Positions 16,941 to 25,746 of a stretch of DNA of 52,961 bases are shown in pieces. The notes under the pieces are model-generated. The model did not search any database and was not told the origin of the DNA. It saw only the letters and a program-made list of their open reading frames with translations. The stretch comes from Escherichia phage mEp013. Each line of letters starts with the position of its first letter. Within the stretch, counting starts at the first letter, position 1. A program made the position numbers and the translations under genes. The stretch lies in the sequence record PP180002. One strand, written 5' to 3'.

Positions 16941-17701
16941 GCAAGGCTAAACACTGGTTAAATAACTGGCTTAGAAGTTGGGTTGTATGGTCGCTGTACG
17001 ACGGCAGCGGGTACGCCGTTAAAGATTGGGCGGAGGCTGGATATAAGTGCTATTGCTTCAACTATGACGGCGCAAATCACGGCGATTATGACGGGGTAAA
17101 AATAATTCATCCAAATATTGAATACGTTAACGTCTGGATTGATAGCCACTTCCTGGTAATGTTCTCCCCTGAATTGTCTGTTTATCCAGAGCCTGACATC
17201 ATCATTGGCTTTCCTCCATGCGACGATCTCGCTGTTTCTGGTGCTGCCTGGTTTTCTGTTAAGCGTGAAAAAGATCCTAACTTCCAGGTGAAGGCGGCGA
17301 ATAGCGCCAAACTGGTAGAAAAACTGGCGAATATGTATAACGTGCCGTGGATGGTGGAAAATCCGGTTGGCGTACTGTCAACGTTATGGCGCAAACCTGA
17401 TTTTATTTTCAACCCGTGCGCTTACGGTGGCTACCTGCCGGAAGATGACAAACATCCCGCTTTCCCTGAATACATCGCCGACCGCGACGCGTACACGAAG
17501 AAAACTTGTATCTGGTGTGGTAACGGATTTAAACAGCCGATTTTTAGACCTGTATCACTGACTGACGAACCTGGTAACAGTCAACAGCACAGAAAGTTAG
17601 GTGGCAAAAGCAAGCGCACTAAGATGATCCGCTCACTAACGCCGCGCGGCTTTGCCCGTGCTGTATTCCTTGCTAACCATGACCGCGCTTTACCGGACTG
17701 A
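16937..17701 (+). CDS. compact C5-cytosine methyltransferase-like protein (254 aa)
   Basis: Motif I-like LYDGSG, IV-like GFPPCDDLAVSG, VI-like ENPVG, C-terminal LTPRGFARA; ATGA coupling to YhhQ-like gene; short for a canonical enzyme. Confidence 0.5.
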   Translation: MSKAKHWLNNWLRSWVVWSLYDGSGYAVKDWAEAGYKCYCFNYDGANHGDYDGVKIIHPNIEYVNVWIDSHFLVMFSPELSVYPEPDIIIGFPPCDDLAVSGAAWFSVKREKDPNFQVKAANSAKLVEKLANMYNVPWMVENPVGVLSTLWRKPDFIFNPCAYGGYLPEDDKHPAFPEYIADRDAYTKKTCIWCGNGFKQPIFRPVSLTDEPGNSQQHRKLGGKSKRTKMIRSLTPRGFARAVFLANHDRALPD

Positions 17702-17860
17702 AATTTACAAAATGGCGTCATTGCGTGATGTGGATCACATAATGGCGCTTTTCACCTTGTTCTGACGTATCCATTTTGTATACTTCAATCAAGCAAAATG
17801 CTCTTTAAAAATCCGGCAGCGCTGAAATGCGTAGAAATCACCTGAAAAGGAGAGAGCATT

Positions 17861-18037
17861 ATGCCTTTTGATAATTACCAATGGCATGACGACTATGAAC
17901 GAGAAAGCGTCATGCGTGCAATGTGCAATGTATGCAGCACGAAGAAAGGAGACTGCAACGAGTGCAACGAATGTTTAGATCATTGGCTAAGGGCCGGACA
18001 CGCCGAAAGGCTGAACGAAACAGAGAATCAAAAATAA
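17861..18037 (+). CDS. small Cys-rich protein (58 aa)
   Basis: Hand-translated; CNVCSTKKGDCNECNEC cluster; RBS AAAGGAG. Confidence 0.4.
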   Translation: MPFDNYQWHDDYERESVMRAMCNVCSTKKGDCNECNECLDHWLRAGHAERLNETENQK

Positions 18038-18051
18038 TCGGGGTGGTTTTT

Positions 18052-18657
18052 ATGCAGAACCCTAAAAAACCCATAAGACGCCGTTGCAAGTGCTGCGGCG
18101 TTTTTTTTGAGCCTAAATATCATAATCAAACGTGGTGCAGTGATGAATGTCTGGAGGAACTGAAGTTTGACCAGTTATGCCGCGACCGAGAAAAGGCTAT
18201 GAAGGCTATGGAGCGGAAGAAACGCCGTGATAGCCAGCGTGAAGAACGCAACCGGAAGCGTAAACAGTTAAATCCGCGTAGTTATTGGATCAAACAAGTT
18301 CAAAATGTATTTAACGCCTATATTCGAGAACGTGACGCGCGCTTGCCGTGTATATCTTGCGGGACTTACTACGGTGAGCAATGCGGGTGGGATGCAGGCC
18401 ATTACAGGACGGTAGCCGCCGCCGGACACCTTCGCTTCAACGAGGATAATTGCCATAAGCAATGTAGGCACTGCAACCAGACACTAGACGGCAATATCGG
18501 AGGGTATCGCCCGGCACTGATTCGAAAAATTGGCCTCGCCAGGGTGGTAGCTCTGGAGAACAACAACGAAACTCACAAATGGACGATTGCAGAATGTAAG
18601 GAGCTAATAAACATCTATCAGGCTAAATTGGACGCCTTAAGGAGAAAGGCAGCATGA
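18052..18657 (+). CDS. ninG: NinG/Rap-family recombination protein
   Basis: Strong resemblance to lambda NinG as recalled (RRRCK, PRSYWIKQ, LPCISCGT, WDAGHYRT, HKQC..CN); ATG at 18052 with RBS. Confidence 0.8.
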   Translation: MQNPKKPIRRRCKCCGVFFEPKYHNQTWCSDECLEELKFDQLCRDREKAMKAMERKKRRDSQREERNRKRKQLNPRSYWIKQVQNVFNAYIRERDARLPCISCGTYYGEQCGWDAGHYRTVAAAGHLRFNEDNCHKQCRHCNQTLDGNIGGYRPALIRKIGLARVVALENNNETHKWTIAECKELINIYQAKLDALRRKAA

Positions 18658-19061
18658 ACGAATATACATTTAGCCTACCTTACCCGCCATCGAATAATCG
18701 CTATTACCGACATTCGCGCGGTTTTCACTATATCAGCAAAGTGGGGAAGGAATACAGGGAACAAGTAAGAGACATCATTGAGCTATTAAATTTAAATATT
18801 AACCTGCCTTGCCGACTGGCAATTGCAATTTACGCCGCGCCGCCGGATAACCGGATCAGAGATCTGGATAATATCCCTAAATGCCTTTTTGATAGCCTTA
18901 CTTATGCCGGATTCTGGATGGATGACGGGCAAATTGACTCAATAAAAATTGTCCGCTGCCGGAAGATAAAAGGCGGACGCTTGTTTATTAAGATCCGCGA
19001 ACGCGGCGACCTACTACCGGATATTGACGAATACGCGACTAATATGTGGGGTGAGCAATGA
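18654..19061 (+). CDS. rusA: RusA-family Holliday junction resolvase
   Basis: 135 aa; N-terminal LPYPPSNNRYYR signature; position after ninG. Confidence 0.75.
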   Translation: MNEYTFSLPYPPSNNRYYRHSRGFHYISKVGKEYREQVRDIIELLNLNINLPCRLAIAIYAAPPDNRIRDLDNIPKCLFDSLTYAGFWMDDGQIDSIKIVRCRKIKGGRLFIKIRERGDLLPDIDEYATNMWGEQ

Positions 19062-19240
19062 AAAACGAAATTAAAGATCTGCAAATAGATATTCAGCGCG
19101 ATGAGCATGATTTAGCTACAGTCAGACAAATCCAGGCTTTCCACATGAGAGAACTGCTTGCGCTGAAAGAGCTTGAAAGAAAGTTGGTCCAATCAATATC
19201 TGATCGTAAACGTCTGGTTGCTCGTTACGGGGGCAAATAA
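19058..19240 (+). CDS. hypothetical protein (60 aa, coiled-coil)
   Basis: ORF coupled between rusA and Q. Confidence 0.45.
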   Translation: MKNEIKDLQIDIQRDEHDLATVRQIQAFHMRELLALKELERKLVQSISDRKRLVARYGGK

Positions 19241-19962
19241 TGAATCTGGAATCAATTCTTAAATTCCACTTCCCAAAATCACCGCGTTTGTCAGATGAAA
19301 GCCGTGGCACGTCCCCGGATGCTCTTAATACTACTGATGCACTAACTGCCGCAGGTATGGCGCAATCGCGCGTAGAGCTTGGTTACAGCGCTTTTTTAGG
19401 GAAGATGGAACTATCACAAGCCGAAAAGCACAGGGCCGTAGTTTTGCTTACAGAGCGTTTAATGGCTATGGCAAAAGATTATGAATACGTTATGGAACTG
19501 GACGAGGCCAAACGCAATGATCTCATTATTCTTATTGCCGTTTTCGCGTTTCGGGATTATTGCCAGAGCGCCGCGACGGAAAAAACTTGTATGGAGTGCG
19601 GCGGATATAAATTTACGTTTGACGAATACGGGGAAAAACACCTTTGCAAAAAATGTAAGGGGCATGGGAAAGTTCTTAATCATTGCAAACAATGCAAGGG
19701 CCGTGGCGAAGTACCGGATAAAGCAGCCAGTGAAGCGGCGGAAATGCCAGTGTTCAAAACGTGCCAGCACTGCGGCGGGCGAGGGTACTCGCGTTTCCCT
19801 GTAGATCTTGTCCGGCAGGCTGTTAATCAGCTTGTTTTTCCGGTAAGCCGATCAACATGGTGGAAAAAATACCGGGTTTTCTATGAAGACGCCATTGCTG
19901 AATTGTTCAAAGAAGAGGCGCGGGCTGATAACGAAATTAAGCAGGTGACGCGGGGTGAATGA
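19240..19962 (+). CDS. Q: late antiterminator Q (lambda-type)
   Basis: Matches lambda Q as recalled (LESILKFHFPKSP, AAGMAQS, CQSAAT, zinc-finger CxxC..CxxC, GYSRFP). Confidence 0.8.
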   Translation: MNLESILKFHFPKSPRLSDESRGTSPDALNTTDALTAAGMAQSRVELGYSAFLGKMELSQAEKHRAVVLLTERLMAMAKDYEYVMELDEAKRNDLIILIAVFAFRDYCQSAATEKTCMECGGYKFTFDEYGEKHLCKKCKGHGKVLNHCKQCKGRGEVPDKAASEAAEMPVFKTCQHCGGRGYSRFPVDLVRQAVNQLVFPVSRSTWWKKYRVFYEDAIAELFKEEARADNEIKQVTRGE

Positions 19963-20162
19963 TGGATAAGCTGGAAATAAACGATCAGTTTGCTGTTATC
20001 TTGTTCGAAGATAAAACAGGCGGTGCATGGTGTAAGAAGGTCACTGGTGCGGAAGCGCGTTTAATATTAGGCATGGCAAGCGCGTTAAACGAAGGCGAAT
20101 TGCCAGCCATCCCTATTAAGCCTGTCAAAATTTACAAGCGTGGTGACGATGATGAAGCCTAA
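19959..20162 (+). CDS. hypothetical protein (67 aa)
   Basis: RBS GGGGTG; overlaps Q stop. Confidence 0.45.
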   Translation: MMDKLEINDQFAVILFEDKTGGAWCKKVTGAEARLILGMASALNEGELPAIPIKPVKIYKRGDDDEA

Positions 20163-20421
20163 ATTAAAAGAACATCTATTTGCAAAGCTGGTTAATGACC
20201 TGACATTATCCGCGCGGTTGTGCCGTGATACACAACAATTAAGGGCGTGGATAGCAAGGGATTTAAAAAAATATATTGAGCCTGGCGTGCCAGGTGGCGA
20301 AATCACAATGGACGAGGCCATCAAACGCCGTTCGGCTGATTGGTCGGTGAGTAACACCGGATTAACCGGATACATTGAAGGCTATAACGACTGTTTACAG
20401 GATCATAGCAATGAAAAGTAA
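20149..20421 (+). CDS. hypothetical protein (~90 aa)
   Basis: ORF 20140..20421; first ATG at 20149. Confidence 0.45.
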   Translation: MMKPKLKEHLFAKLVNDLTLSARLCRDTQQLRAWIARDLKKYIEPGVPGGEITMDEAIKRRSADWSVSNTGLTGYIEGYNDCLQDHSNEK

Positions 20422-20623
20422 CCGTAAGCGCATTGTAAGGGCATACGATAAAGCATTAAAGGCTTTTGATGATCTGCGACGCAATAAGCGCCAGCGCCGT
20501 AAATGGGCGCGGATGCTTGTAAGGGAATGGCATGGCGAGGACTATTTCCTTGATGCCAAGCACATGACGCAGGATGTAGCTGACATGTTAGCTGACGAGA
20601 ACGTTTATTATATGATGTGGTGA
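20411..20623 (+). CDS. hypothetical basic protein (70 aa)
   Basis: ATG at 20411 inside ORF 20375..20623. Confidence 0.45.
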   Translation: MKSNRKRIVRAYDKALKAFDDLRRNKRQRRKWARMLVREWHGEDYFLDAKHMTQDVADMLADENVYYMMW

Positions 20624-20627
20624 TAAT

Positions 20628-20993
20628 ATGCAAATAATCATTGATTATCTCTGCCATGCTGTGAATACGCTTTTTGGTTTTTATCAACAACCATTCCTCA
20701 AAGAATGGGATGAAATGCTTAATGACATCATCGACAAAGGGTTAATAGTTGAAGTAGGCGAGCTAACGATAAAATTCAATTACGAAGGAAAAGAATATGA
20801 AATATGGGTAGGGAATAGATGGTACTCGTACGGTCATATCTATTCAATTGGCGGTAAGTACATTAAACGCAGCCAGGAGTTCAGGCCGCGATTCCGCACA
20901 ATGCGCCGCCTGCGTGACCTGCATATGAATATATTTGAAAATCAGGAAACGTGTGAACTATTCAAGATCTACGGGGATAAATCATGGAATTAA
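20628..20993 (+). CDS. hypothetical protein (121 aa)
   Basis: ORF with RBS. Confidence 0.5.
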   Translation: MQIIIDYLCHAVNTLFGFYQQPFLKEWDEMLNDIIDKGLIVEVGELTIKFNYEGKEYEIWVGNRWYSYGHIYSIGGKYIKRSQEFRPRFRTMRRLRDLHMNIFENQETCELFKIYGDKSWN

Positions 20994-21214
20994 AAATCTG
21001 GCAGGCTATCGACGTAGTTGATAATGAATTGTCTATGTTCGCCACTAACGGGAAGCGCGTTGTGATCGCTACATGGACACGTAACCATGATGATATTGCT
21101 TTTCGTCGCGCTGCGGCGGAATTGCTTTTCTCTGATGGCGGCTACACGATGAACATCGCACAGCTTGCCAGAATGAAAGATGAAAAGCTGGTGGACAGCT
21201 ACACAACTGCATAA
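20984..21214 (+). CDS. hypothetical protein (76 aa)
   Basis: RBS GGGGA. Confidence 0.45.
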   Translation: MELKIWQAIDVVDNELSMFATNGKRVVIATWTRNHDDIAFRRAAAELLFSDGGYTMNIAQLARMKDEKLVDSYTTA

Positions 21215-21224
21215 CGGGGTGAAT

Positions 21225-21458
21225 ATGCGTATCTATGAGCACAAGCGGGATAAAACCCGCTTTTTTGTTCGTGCTGGCGTAGCGTACCAGTATCACGAAT
21301 GCGGATATATTGAGGCGCTTGCTTACGACCTGGATTTTGAGCAGGAAAAAGAATGGTTCGATTTTAAAATTTACCGGAAACGCAAACCAACTCGCGACGA
21401 ACGCCACGCTATCAGGGATTTTTTAATCAGTATTGAGCGATGGGAGACAGAGGAATGA
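21225..21458 (+). CDS. hypothetical protein (77 aa)
   Basis: ATG at 21225 with RBS GGGGTG. Confidence 0.45.
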   Translation: MRIYEHKRDKTRFFVRAGVAYQYHECGYIEALAYDLDFEQEKEWFDFKIYRKRKPTRDERHAIRDFLISIERWETEE

Positions 21459-21679
21459 GAACTAAGAAAGCTGCAGATCAGAAAGCGTTGGTTATAGCAA
21501 CAAGGGATGTCTCGTTATTCACTAAGGGTGAAGAGATAGATCTTAAATTGCTTTGGGGCATGTTTGAACCACACGAAAAACCGTGGTTCGTGCATGAAGA
21601 TAAGCAAGGAAATATGCGCGTAGTCGTGCCTGACAGTAAAAGCGATATATTTTTTTGGCATTCCAGATCCGTTACATGA
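21455..21679 (+). CDS. hypothetical protein (74 aa)
   Basis: ATG at 21455 with RBS GAGGA. Confidence 0.45.
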   Translation: MRTKKAADQKALVIATRDVSLFTKGEEIDLKLLWGMFEPHEKPWFVHEDKQGNMRVVVPDSKSDIFFWHSRSVT

Positions 21680-21736
21680 CGGTGAGTTGTTGGCTGTATT
21701 GTTGATTTCTGATGCTGTTACTTATAAGGGTTAAAG

Positions 21737-21964
21737 ATGAAAGTAAAATTCTTGCACGATCACGGTTATCCGTCACTGAAACAGGTTGTTGGCAAGGTCG
21801 TTAACGTCGTTCATAGTGATAATGTCACATGTATGATTAACGGTGCTGACCTAATTGCCGCTGGCGCTGATGACCATTACATCAATCAGGAATGGTCGTA
21901 TACGTTCAGCCTGGGCGACTTCGTTGGCGACAAGGGGCGCGGGCTGGAAGTAGTCGAGGGTTAA
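21737..21964 (+). CDS. hypothetical protein (75 aa)
   Basis: RBS AAGGG. Confidence 0.45.
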   Translation: MKVKFLHDHGYPSLKQVVGKVVNVVHSDNVTCMINGADLIAAGADDHYINQEWSYTFSLGDFVGDKGRGLEVVEG

Positions 21965-21968
21965 CATC

Positions 21969-22217
21969 ATGGACGTTTACGAAGATCTATACCTCCAGAC
22001 AAACACATGCACTTTTTATTTTGTTAAAAACGGCGTCGTATATCGCAGTGATGACGGGATAGTAATAAAGGAGTGGCTATTTAAAAGCAAAGACCTACTT
22101 GAAGATCTTGTCTTCGCTGGTGTGTTCCGTAAACGTCCTGCCAACCTGGAAGAAGAAATGTTGATAGAGGTATATCAAAATGAAAATCAGGGTAAGTTAT
22201 TTCCGGGCGAAAGATAA
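21969..22217 (+). CDS. hypothetical protein (82 aa)
   Basis: RBS GAGGG. Confidence 0.45.
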   Translation: MDVYEDLYLQTNTCTFYFVKNGVVYRSDDGIVIKEWLFKSKDLLEDLVFAGVFRKRPANLEEEMLIEVYQNENQGKLFPGER

Positions 22218-22431
22218 GGCAACAGGAAAGCAGATGGCGATCCTGGTTAACGAGGCGCGTTACATGTTTGTGCTTCAGCCGTGGTGTGTTGTAGACCTTA
22301 ACGACAATTGCCGCCGTCACGCTGCGCGGAGTGCGGTAGGCATGAAAGGCTGGCAACCGCGCGACATGGAAAGCTATTGTGAATGGAAGCTGATAGCAAA
22401 ATACACGGTCGATTATAAGGGGGTTTTCTGA
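22180..22431 (+). CDS. hypothetical protein (83 aa)
   Basis: ORF overlapping upstream gene. Confidence 0.4.
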   Translation: MKIRVSYFRAKDKATGKQMAILVNEARYMFVLQPWCVVDLNDNCRRHAARSAVGMKGWQPRDMESYCEWKLIAKYTVDYKGVF

Positions 22432-22433
22432 TT

Positions 22434-22649
22434 ATGTTTGCAAGGTGCGTTTATTCTGACACTTCGTGCTTTACTGTTGGGGAATTATATAGCGTTGACC
22501 TTCTTAACGGGTGTAAGCGCGGCGCTGGCGGTATTCATTATGTAAAAGATAATGATGGCGATGCGTGGCAATTTTACGGCGATTATGCAAAAGGGGTTGT
22601 TAAGGGTAGTTTTGATAATCGTGTAATGGCGCGTTTCGTTAAGTGGTGA
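22434..22649 (+). CDS. hypothetical protein (71 aa)
   Basis: RBS AAGGGGG. Confidence 0.45.
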   Translation: MFARCVYSDTSCFTVGELYSVDLLNGCKRGAGGIHYVKDNDGDAWQFYGDYAKGVVKGSFDNRVMARFVKW

Positions 22650-22658
22650 GGTAGTGTC

Positions 22659-22955
22659 ATGAGCCGGAATCAGAGATACCAGTGCACATATTCACGATGT
22701 AGCGCGTTTTTTAAGAATGGCAAGATCTACGAAGTCGGCGCGGCATTGGTTGACGCAAAGAATCAGGAATATATTCACGCCATTACTGACGACCAGGGCC
22801 AGTTATGGCGATTTTATAAGATGGGGTGTGGCACGGCGCTTGTTTATGCGCGTGCTGGTGGTGGCGAGTGGGTAGCGCCAATCATTAAGACGACGCGAGA
22901 AACAATTAAAATATTTCTTGATGCTGGTGAACTGGTAAAGGTTAGCGACCTATGA
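22659..22955 (+). CDS. hypothetical protein (98 aa)
   Basis: RBS GTGGTGAGG. Confidence 0.45.
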   Translation: MSRNQRYQCTYSRCSAFFKNGKIYEVGAALVDAKNQEYIHAITDDQGQLWRFYKMGCGTALVYARAGGGEWVAPIIKTTRETIKIFLDAGELVKVSDL

Positions 22956-23128
22956 ACGAGATCGAAGATGGCATCTATTTGCATAAGGTATTTGACATCG
23001 CCTATTTGGTAAGAGGCGAAGAGGTGATGATAAGGAATGAAGATGTTCCTTATTGGGAATTAAGCGACATGGATCGCGAACACATGCAAACATTGCTTGA
23101 TAACGGACTGATATACAGAACTGCGTAA
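22952..23128 (+). CDS. hypothetical protein (58 aa)
   Basis: Hand-translated; ATGA overlap with upstream gene. Confidence 0.4.
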   Translation: MNEIEDGIYLHKVFDIAYLVRGEEVMIRNEDVPYWELSDMDREHMQTLLDNGLIYRTA

Positions 23129-23136
23129 AGCCGTAT

Positions 23137-23165
23137 TTGTGGGTCGAAAACAAACAGATTAAAAT
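23137..23165 (+). promoter_or_regulatory. candidate late promoter (PR'-like), TTGTGG-17-TAAAAT
   Basis: Hexamers with 17-nt spacer ~30 nt upstream of a strong terminator and the holin gene; lambda PR'-qut-tR' style. Confidence 0.45.
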
Positions 23166-23193
23166 ATTACCTAACAATGCGAAACTGTAACTA

Positions 23194-23217
23194 CCCGGCC
23201 CCGCGCCGGGTTTTTGC
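23194..23217 (+). terminator. rho-independent terminator (tR'-like) before the lysis cassette
   Basis: CCCGGC-CCCGC-GCCGGG 6-bp GC stem followed by TTTTTGCTTT. Confidence 0.7.
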
Positions 23218-23235
23218 TTTGTTGGAGGAAAATCT

Positions 23236-23436
23236 ATGTTCGACAGAATACGGGAGGCGTGTGCGTATGTGACTGGGGCCGTAACTGCTTTTTTCGGCGC
23301 TATAACCATCAATGACGTCGCTGTTTTCGTTGGTATCTTATCAACCATAGGCACATTTGCCGTTAATTATTACTTCAAATCACAGGAGAACAAGCGAGCG
23401 CAAGAGGAACACGACGCGCGAATGGGGAATAAGTAA
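23236..23436 (+). CDS. holin
   Basis: 66 aa, two hydrophobic TM segments and charged C-terminus; directly precedes endolysin; RBS GGAGGA. Confidence 0.7.
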   Translation: MFDRIREACAYVTGAVTAFFGAITINDVAVFVGILSTIGTFAVNYYFKSQENKRAQEEHDARMGNK

Positions 23437-23437
23437 A

Positions 23438-23929
23438 ATGATTAGCCAATCGCTGAAAAACAAGATTGTTGCGGCGGCGGCTGGTGGGGCGATCGCTATT
23501 GCGGCGGTGATGATTAAGCCATTAGAGGGCGTGGAATACGATCCTTATCGTGATGTTGTTGGTGTATGGACTGTTTGCTATGGTCACACAGGAAAAGACA
23601 TTATGTTGGGCAAGACATACACGCAATCAGAATGCGATGCTTTGTTAAATAAAGATCTACACAAGACCGCAAAAGCGATTGACCCATATATCAAAGTTGA
23701 AATATCAGATTTTACCCGCGCTGCACTTTATTCATTCGCCTATAACGTAGGCGCGACCAACTTCAAAACATCAACCTTATTAAAACTGCTCAATGACGGC
23801 AAGAAATCAGAGGCGTGCGCACAGCTTAAGCGCTGGGTATACGCTGGCGGTAAGAAGTGGCAAGGCCTGGTAAACCGCCGCGAGGTTGAATATGCCGTTT
23901 GCGAATGGGGGGAAACGTGGACAAGGTGA
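23438..23929 (+). CDS. SAR endolysin (T4-lysozyme-like muramidase with signal-anchor-release domain)
   Basis: N-terminal Gly/Ala-rich weakly hydrophobic segment then lysozyme-like catalytic region ([21 protein letters not shown]); ATG at 23438 two nt after holin stop. Confidence 0.8.
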   Translation: MISQSLKNKIVAAAAGGAIAIAAVMIKPLEGVEYDPYRDVVGVWTVCYGHTGKDIMLGKTYTQSECDALLNKDLHKTAKAIDPYIKVEISDFTRAALYSFAYNVGATNFKTSTLLKLLNDGKKSEACAQLKRWVYAGGKKWQGLVNRREVEYAVCEWGETWTR

Positions 23930-24387
23930 AGGCGTTAATTATCGCCGCTGTTGTTTGCATCATTGCCAGCCTTACCGCAGTAACATGCCATTACCAGAGT
24001 GAGGCGACAAGGTTACAGGAAGAATTAACGACCACGCAAGGCGCACTGAAAACGGCAAGTAACACTATTCAGCAGATGAAGGAGCGAAACGCCGAACTGT
24101 CAAAACTTGATAAGAGGTATCACGATGAGATTAAAGCAATCAGATCTGACATTGCCGATCTGCGCACTGGTATTGATAACGGCACTATCAGGCTGCGCGT
24201 CAACGCAATACCCGTGCGAGTGTCCGACTCCACCGGATCCGCCAGCACCATTAATGGAGCCTCCTGTAGACTCACTCCCGACGCTGAATCGGCTTATCTA
24301 TCCCTCAGAGAACAACTAAAAGAGAAAGACGCGAAGATAACCGCGCTTCAGGGATACATCAAAACGCAGTGCTTACGCAAAGAATAA
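23905..24387 (+). CDS. Rz-like i-spanin
   Basis: N-terminal TM helix then coiled-coil; overlaps endolysin 3' end; contains embedded Rz1 frame. Confidence 0.7.
   Translation: MGGNVDKVKALIIAAVVCIIASLTAVTCHYQSEATRLQEELTTTQGALKTASNTIQQMKERNAELSKLDKRYHDEIKAIRSDIADLRTGIDNGTIRLRVNAIPVRVSDSTGSASTINGASCRLTPDAESAYLSLREQLKEKDAKITALQGYIKTQCLRKE
24125..24319 (+). CDS. Rz1-like o-spanin lipoprotein, embedded in Rz in +1 frame
   Basis: Lipobox LSGC; proline-rich mature region ([16 protein letters not shown]). Confidence 0.7.
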   Translation: MRLKQSDLTLPICALVLITALSGCASTQYPCECPTPPDPPAPLMEPPVDSLPTLNRLIYPSENN

Positions 24388-24723
24388 CAGTGCGTTGACG
24401 TGTCGCCGTTTCCTCCAGCCAGCCATAACCGGGCCAATCCTTCCCGCGAGCGACGGCGGAAATTCAAAAACACGTAATACCGGGTAAACAACCTCATTAA
24501 CAGGTCCGGCGCTACCTGGGTAGAAGAAAGCGCCATTACTCACCTGCCATGAGTAGGAAGAGCGTTCGGATCTGTTTATCAGAGATGTTGAGCAGGTCCA
24601 GTTTTATAAAATTCCAAAAACGGTACTAACTCAGCGCCGTTTTTAGTGTTTTATAGCTGTTTTCACTCCCTGCGGTGTCCAGTTTTGCGGGGGTTATATT
24701 TTTCAGGATAGAGGAATATTCTG

Positions 24724-25257
24724 ATGGCTAAGGCTAAAGGCATTAAGTTGCCTCAATTCAAAGTCCCGCTCTTTGAGCATACAACAGTTTTCTTTTGCCC
24801 GACCCGCGAGATGTTCTATGAATTTTGCGAAAAGGCAGGGATCCCAATCGAACCTGATTTCGAACTGGCAGGAGGATTGACGCTTACTTGCACGGGTGAG
24901 AAAGGCGGTAACTTCTACGTGATCGCAGTATTCGATAATGAGTTAGGAACGCTAACACATGAAGTGGCACATGCTACATTTCATTGTTTAAGTGATGTTG
25001 GCGTAATGGCTGCAACAGATCCCAGCCATCCAGCCAATGAGACTTACGCTTATATGATTGGGCGCATGTTTGATGCTTTTTATCCTGTACTACTTGAAAG
25101 CATAGACGCACAAGCCGCAGCTATCCGGGCGCAACAAGCGCTAGAAGAAGCTGAAAGAAAAAAAGAAGCCAAAAGAAAAGCAAAAGCAAAAGCAAAAGAG
25201 CCGCCAAAAGTGGAAAAATACATTGTTGCGTGGCGTAGCCGTTATGCAATGGGATGA
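24724..25257 (+). CDS. HExxH-motif protein (putative zinc metallopeptidase-like), lysine-rich C-terminus
   Basis: HEVAH motif; KAKAKAK tail; RBS GAGGAA. Confidence 0.5.
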   Translation: MAKAKGIKLPQFKVPLFEHTTVFFCPTREMFYEFCEKAGIPIEPDFELAGGLTLTCTGEKGGNFYVIAVFDNELGTLTHEVAHATFHCLSDVGVMAATDPSHPANETYAYMIGRMFDAFYPVLLESIDAQAAAIRAQQALEEAERKKEAKRKAKAKAKEPPKVEKYIVAWRSRYAMG

Positions 25258-25729
25258 TTATTTCAGTTATAACCAAGAAACAGGGGATCTAATGTGGAAG
25301 GTGTACAGATCGCCAAACGCAAAGCCAGGTGACATTATCAGAGGGACTAAATCAAGAAACAAGCATTTGCGAGTGAATTTAAACAGAAAATGTTATCAAG
25401 TTCATTGCATTATTTGGGAAATGCACAACGGCCCAATCCCTGAAGGTTATGAGATAGACCATATTGACCATGATAGATGGAATAACAGGTTATCTAATTT
25501 GAGGCTTGTTGATGATGAAGGCAATGCGCACAATATGAGTTTGTTTAAAACCAATACAAGCGGTGTTTCCGGGGTGGGCTGGCATAGTCAACGTAAAAAA
25601 TGGCGTGCAACAATATGGCATAAATGCAAACAAGTATCACTTGGTTTGTTTGACAATTTTGATGATGCTGTAATGGCACGGCGTGAAGCCGAGATTAAAT
25701 ATGGCTATCACCCAAATCATGGTCATTAA
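25244..25729 (+). CDS. HNH endonuclease with AP2-like DNA-binding domain (terminase-associated)
   Basis: HNH motif YEIDHIDHDRWNNRLSNL; AP2-like SGVSGVGWHSQRKKWRATIW; upstream of terS. Confidence 0.75.
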   Translation: MQWDDYFSYNQETGDLMWKVYRSPNAKPGDIIRGTKSRNKHLRVNLNRKCYQVHCIIWEMHNGPIPEGYEIDHIDHDRWNNRLSNLRLVDDEGNAHNMSLFKTNTSGVSGVGWHSQRKKWRATIWHKCKQVSLGLFDNFDDAVMARREAEIKYGYHPNHGH

Positions 25730-25746
25730 TTTAAACGAGGCTGATT

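Noticed and set aside
16937-17701. DpdA (TGT-like DNA-guanine transglycosylase) partner for the YhhQ-like transporter
   Set aside because: No ORF in the window shows the TGT zinc site (CxCxxC...H) or TIM-barrel-length architecture; the adjacent 254-aa protein has C5-MTase-like motifs instead.
24348-24536. Minus-strand 62-aa ORF in the Rz to HExxH intergenic region
   Set aside because: No RBS, overlaps the Rz 3' end; the region more likely carries regulatory or terminator structure (weak hairpin near 24613-24645).
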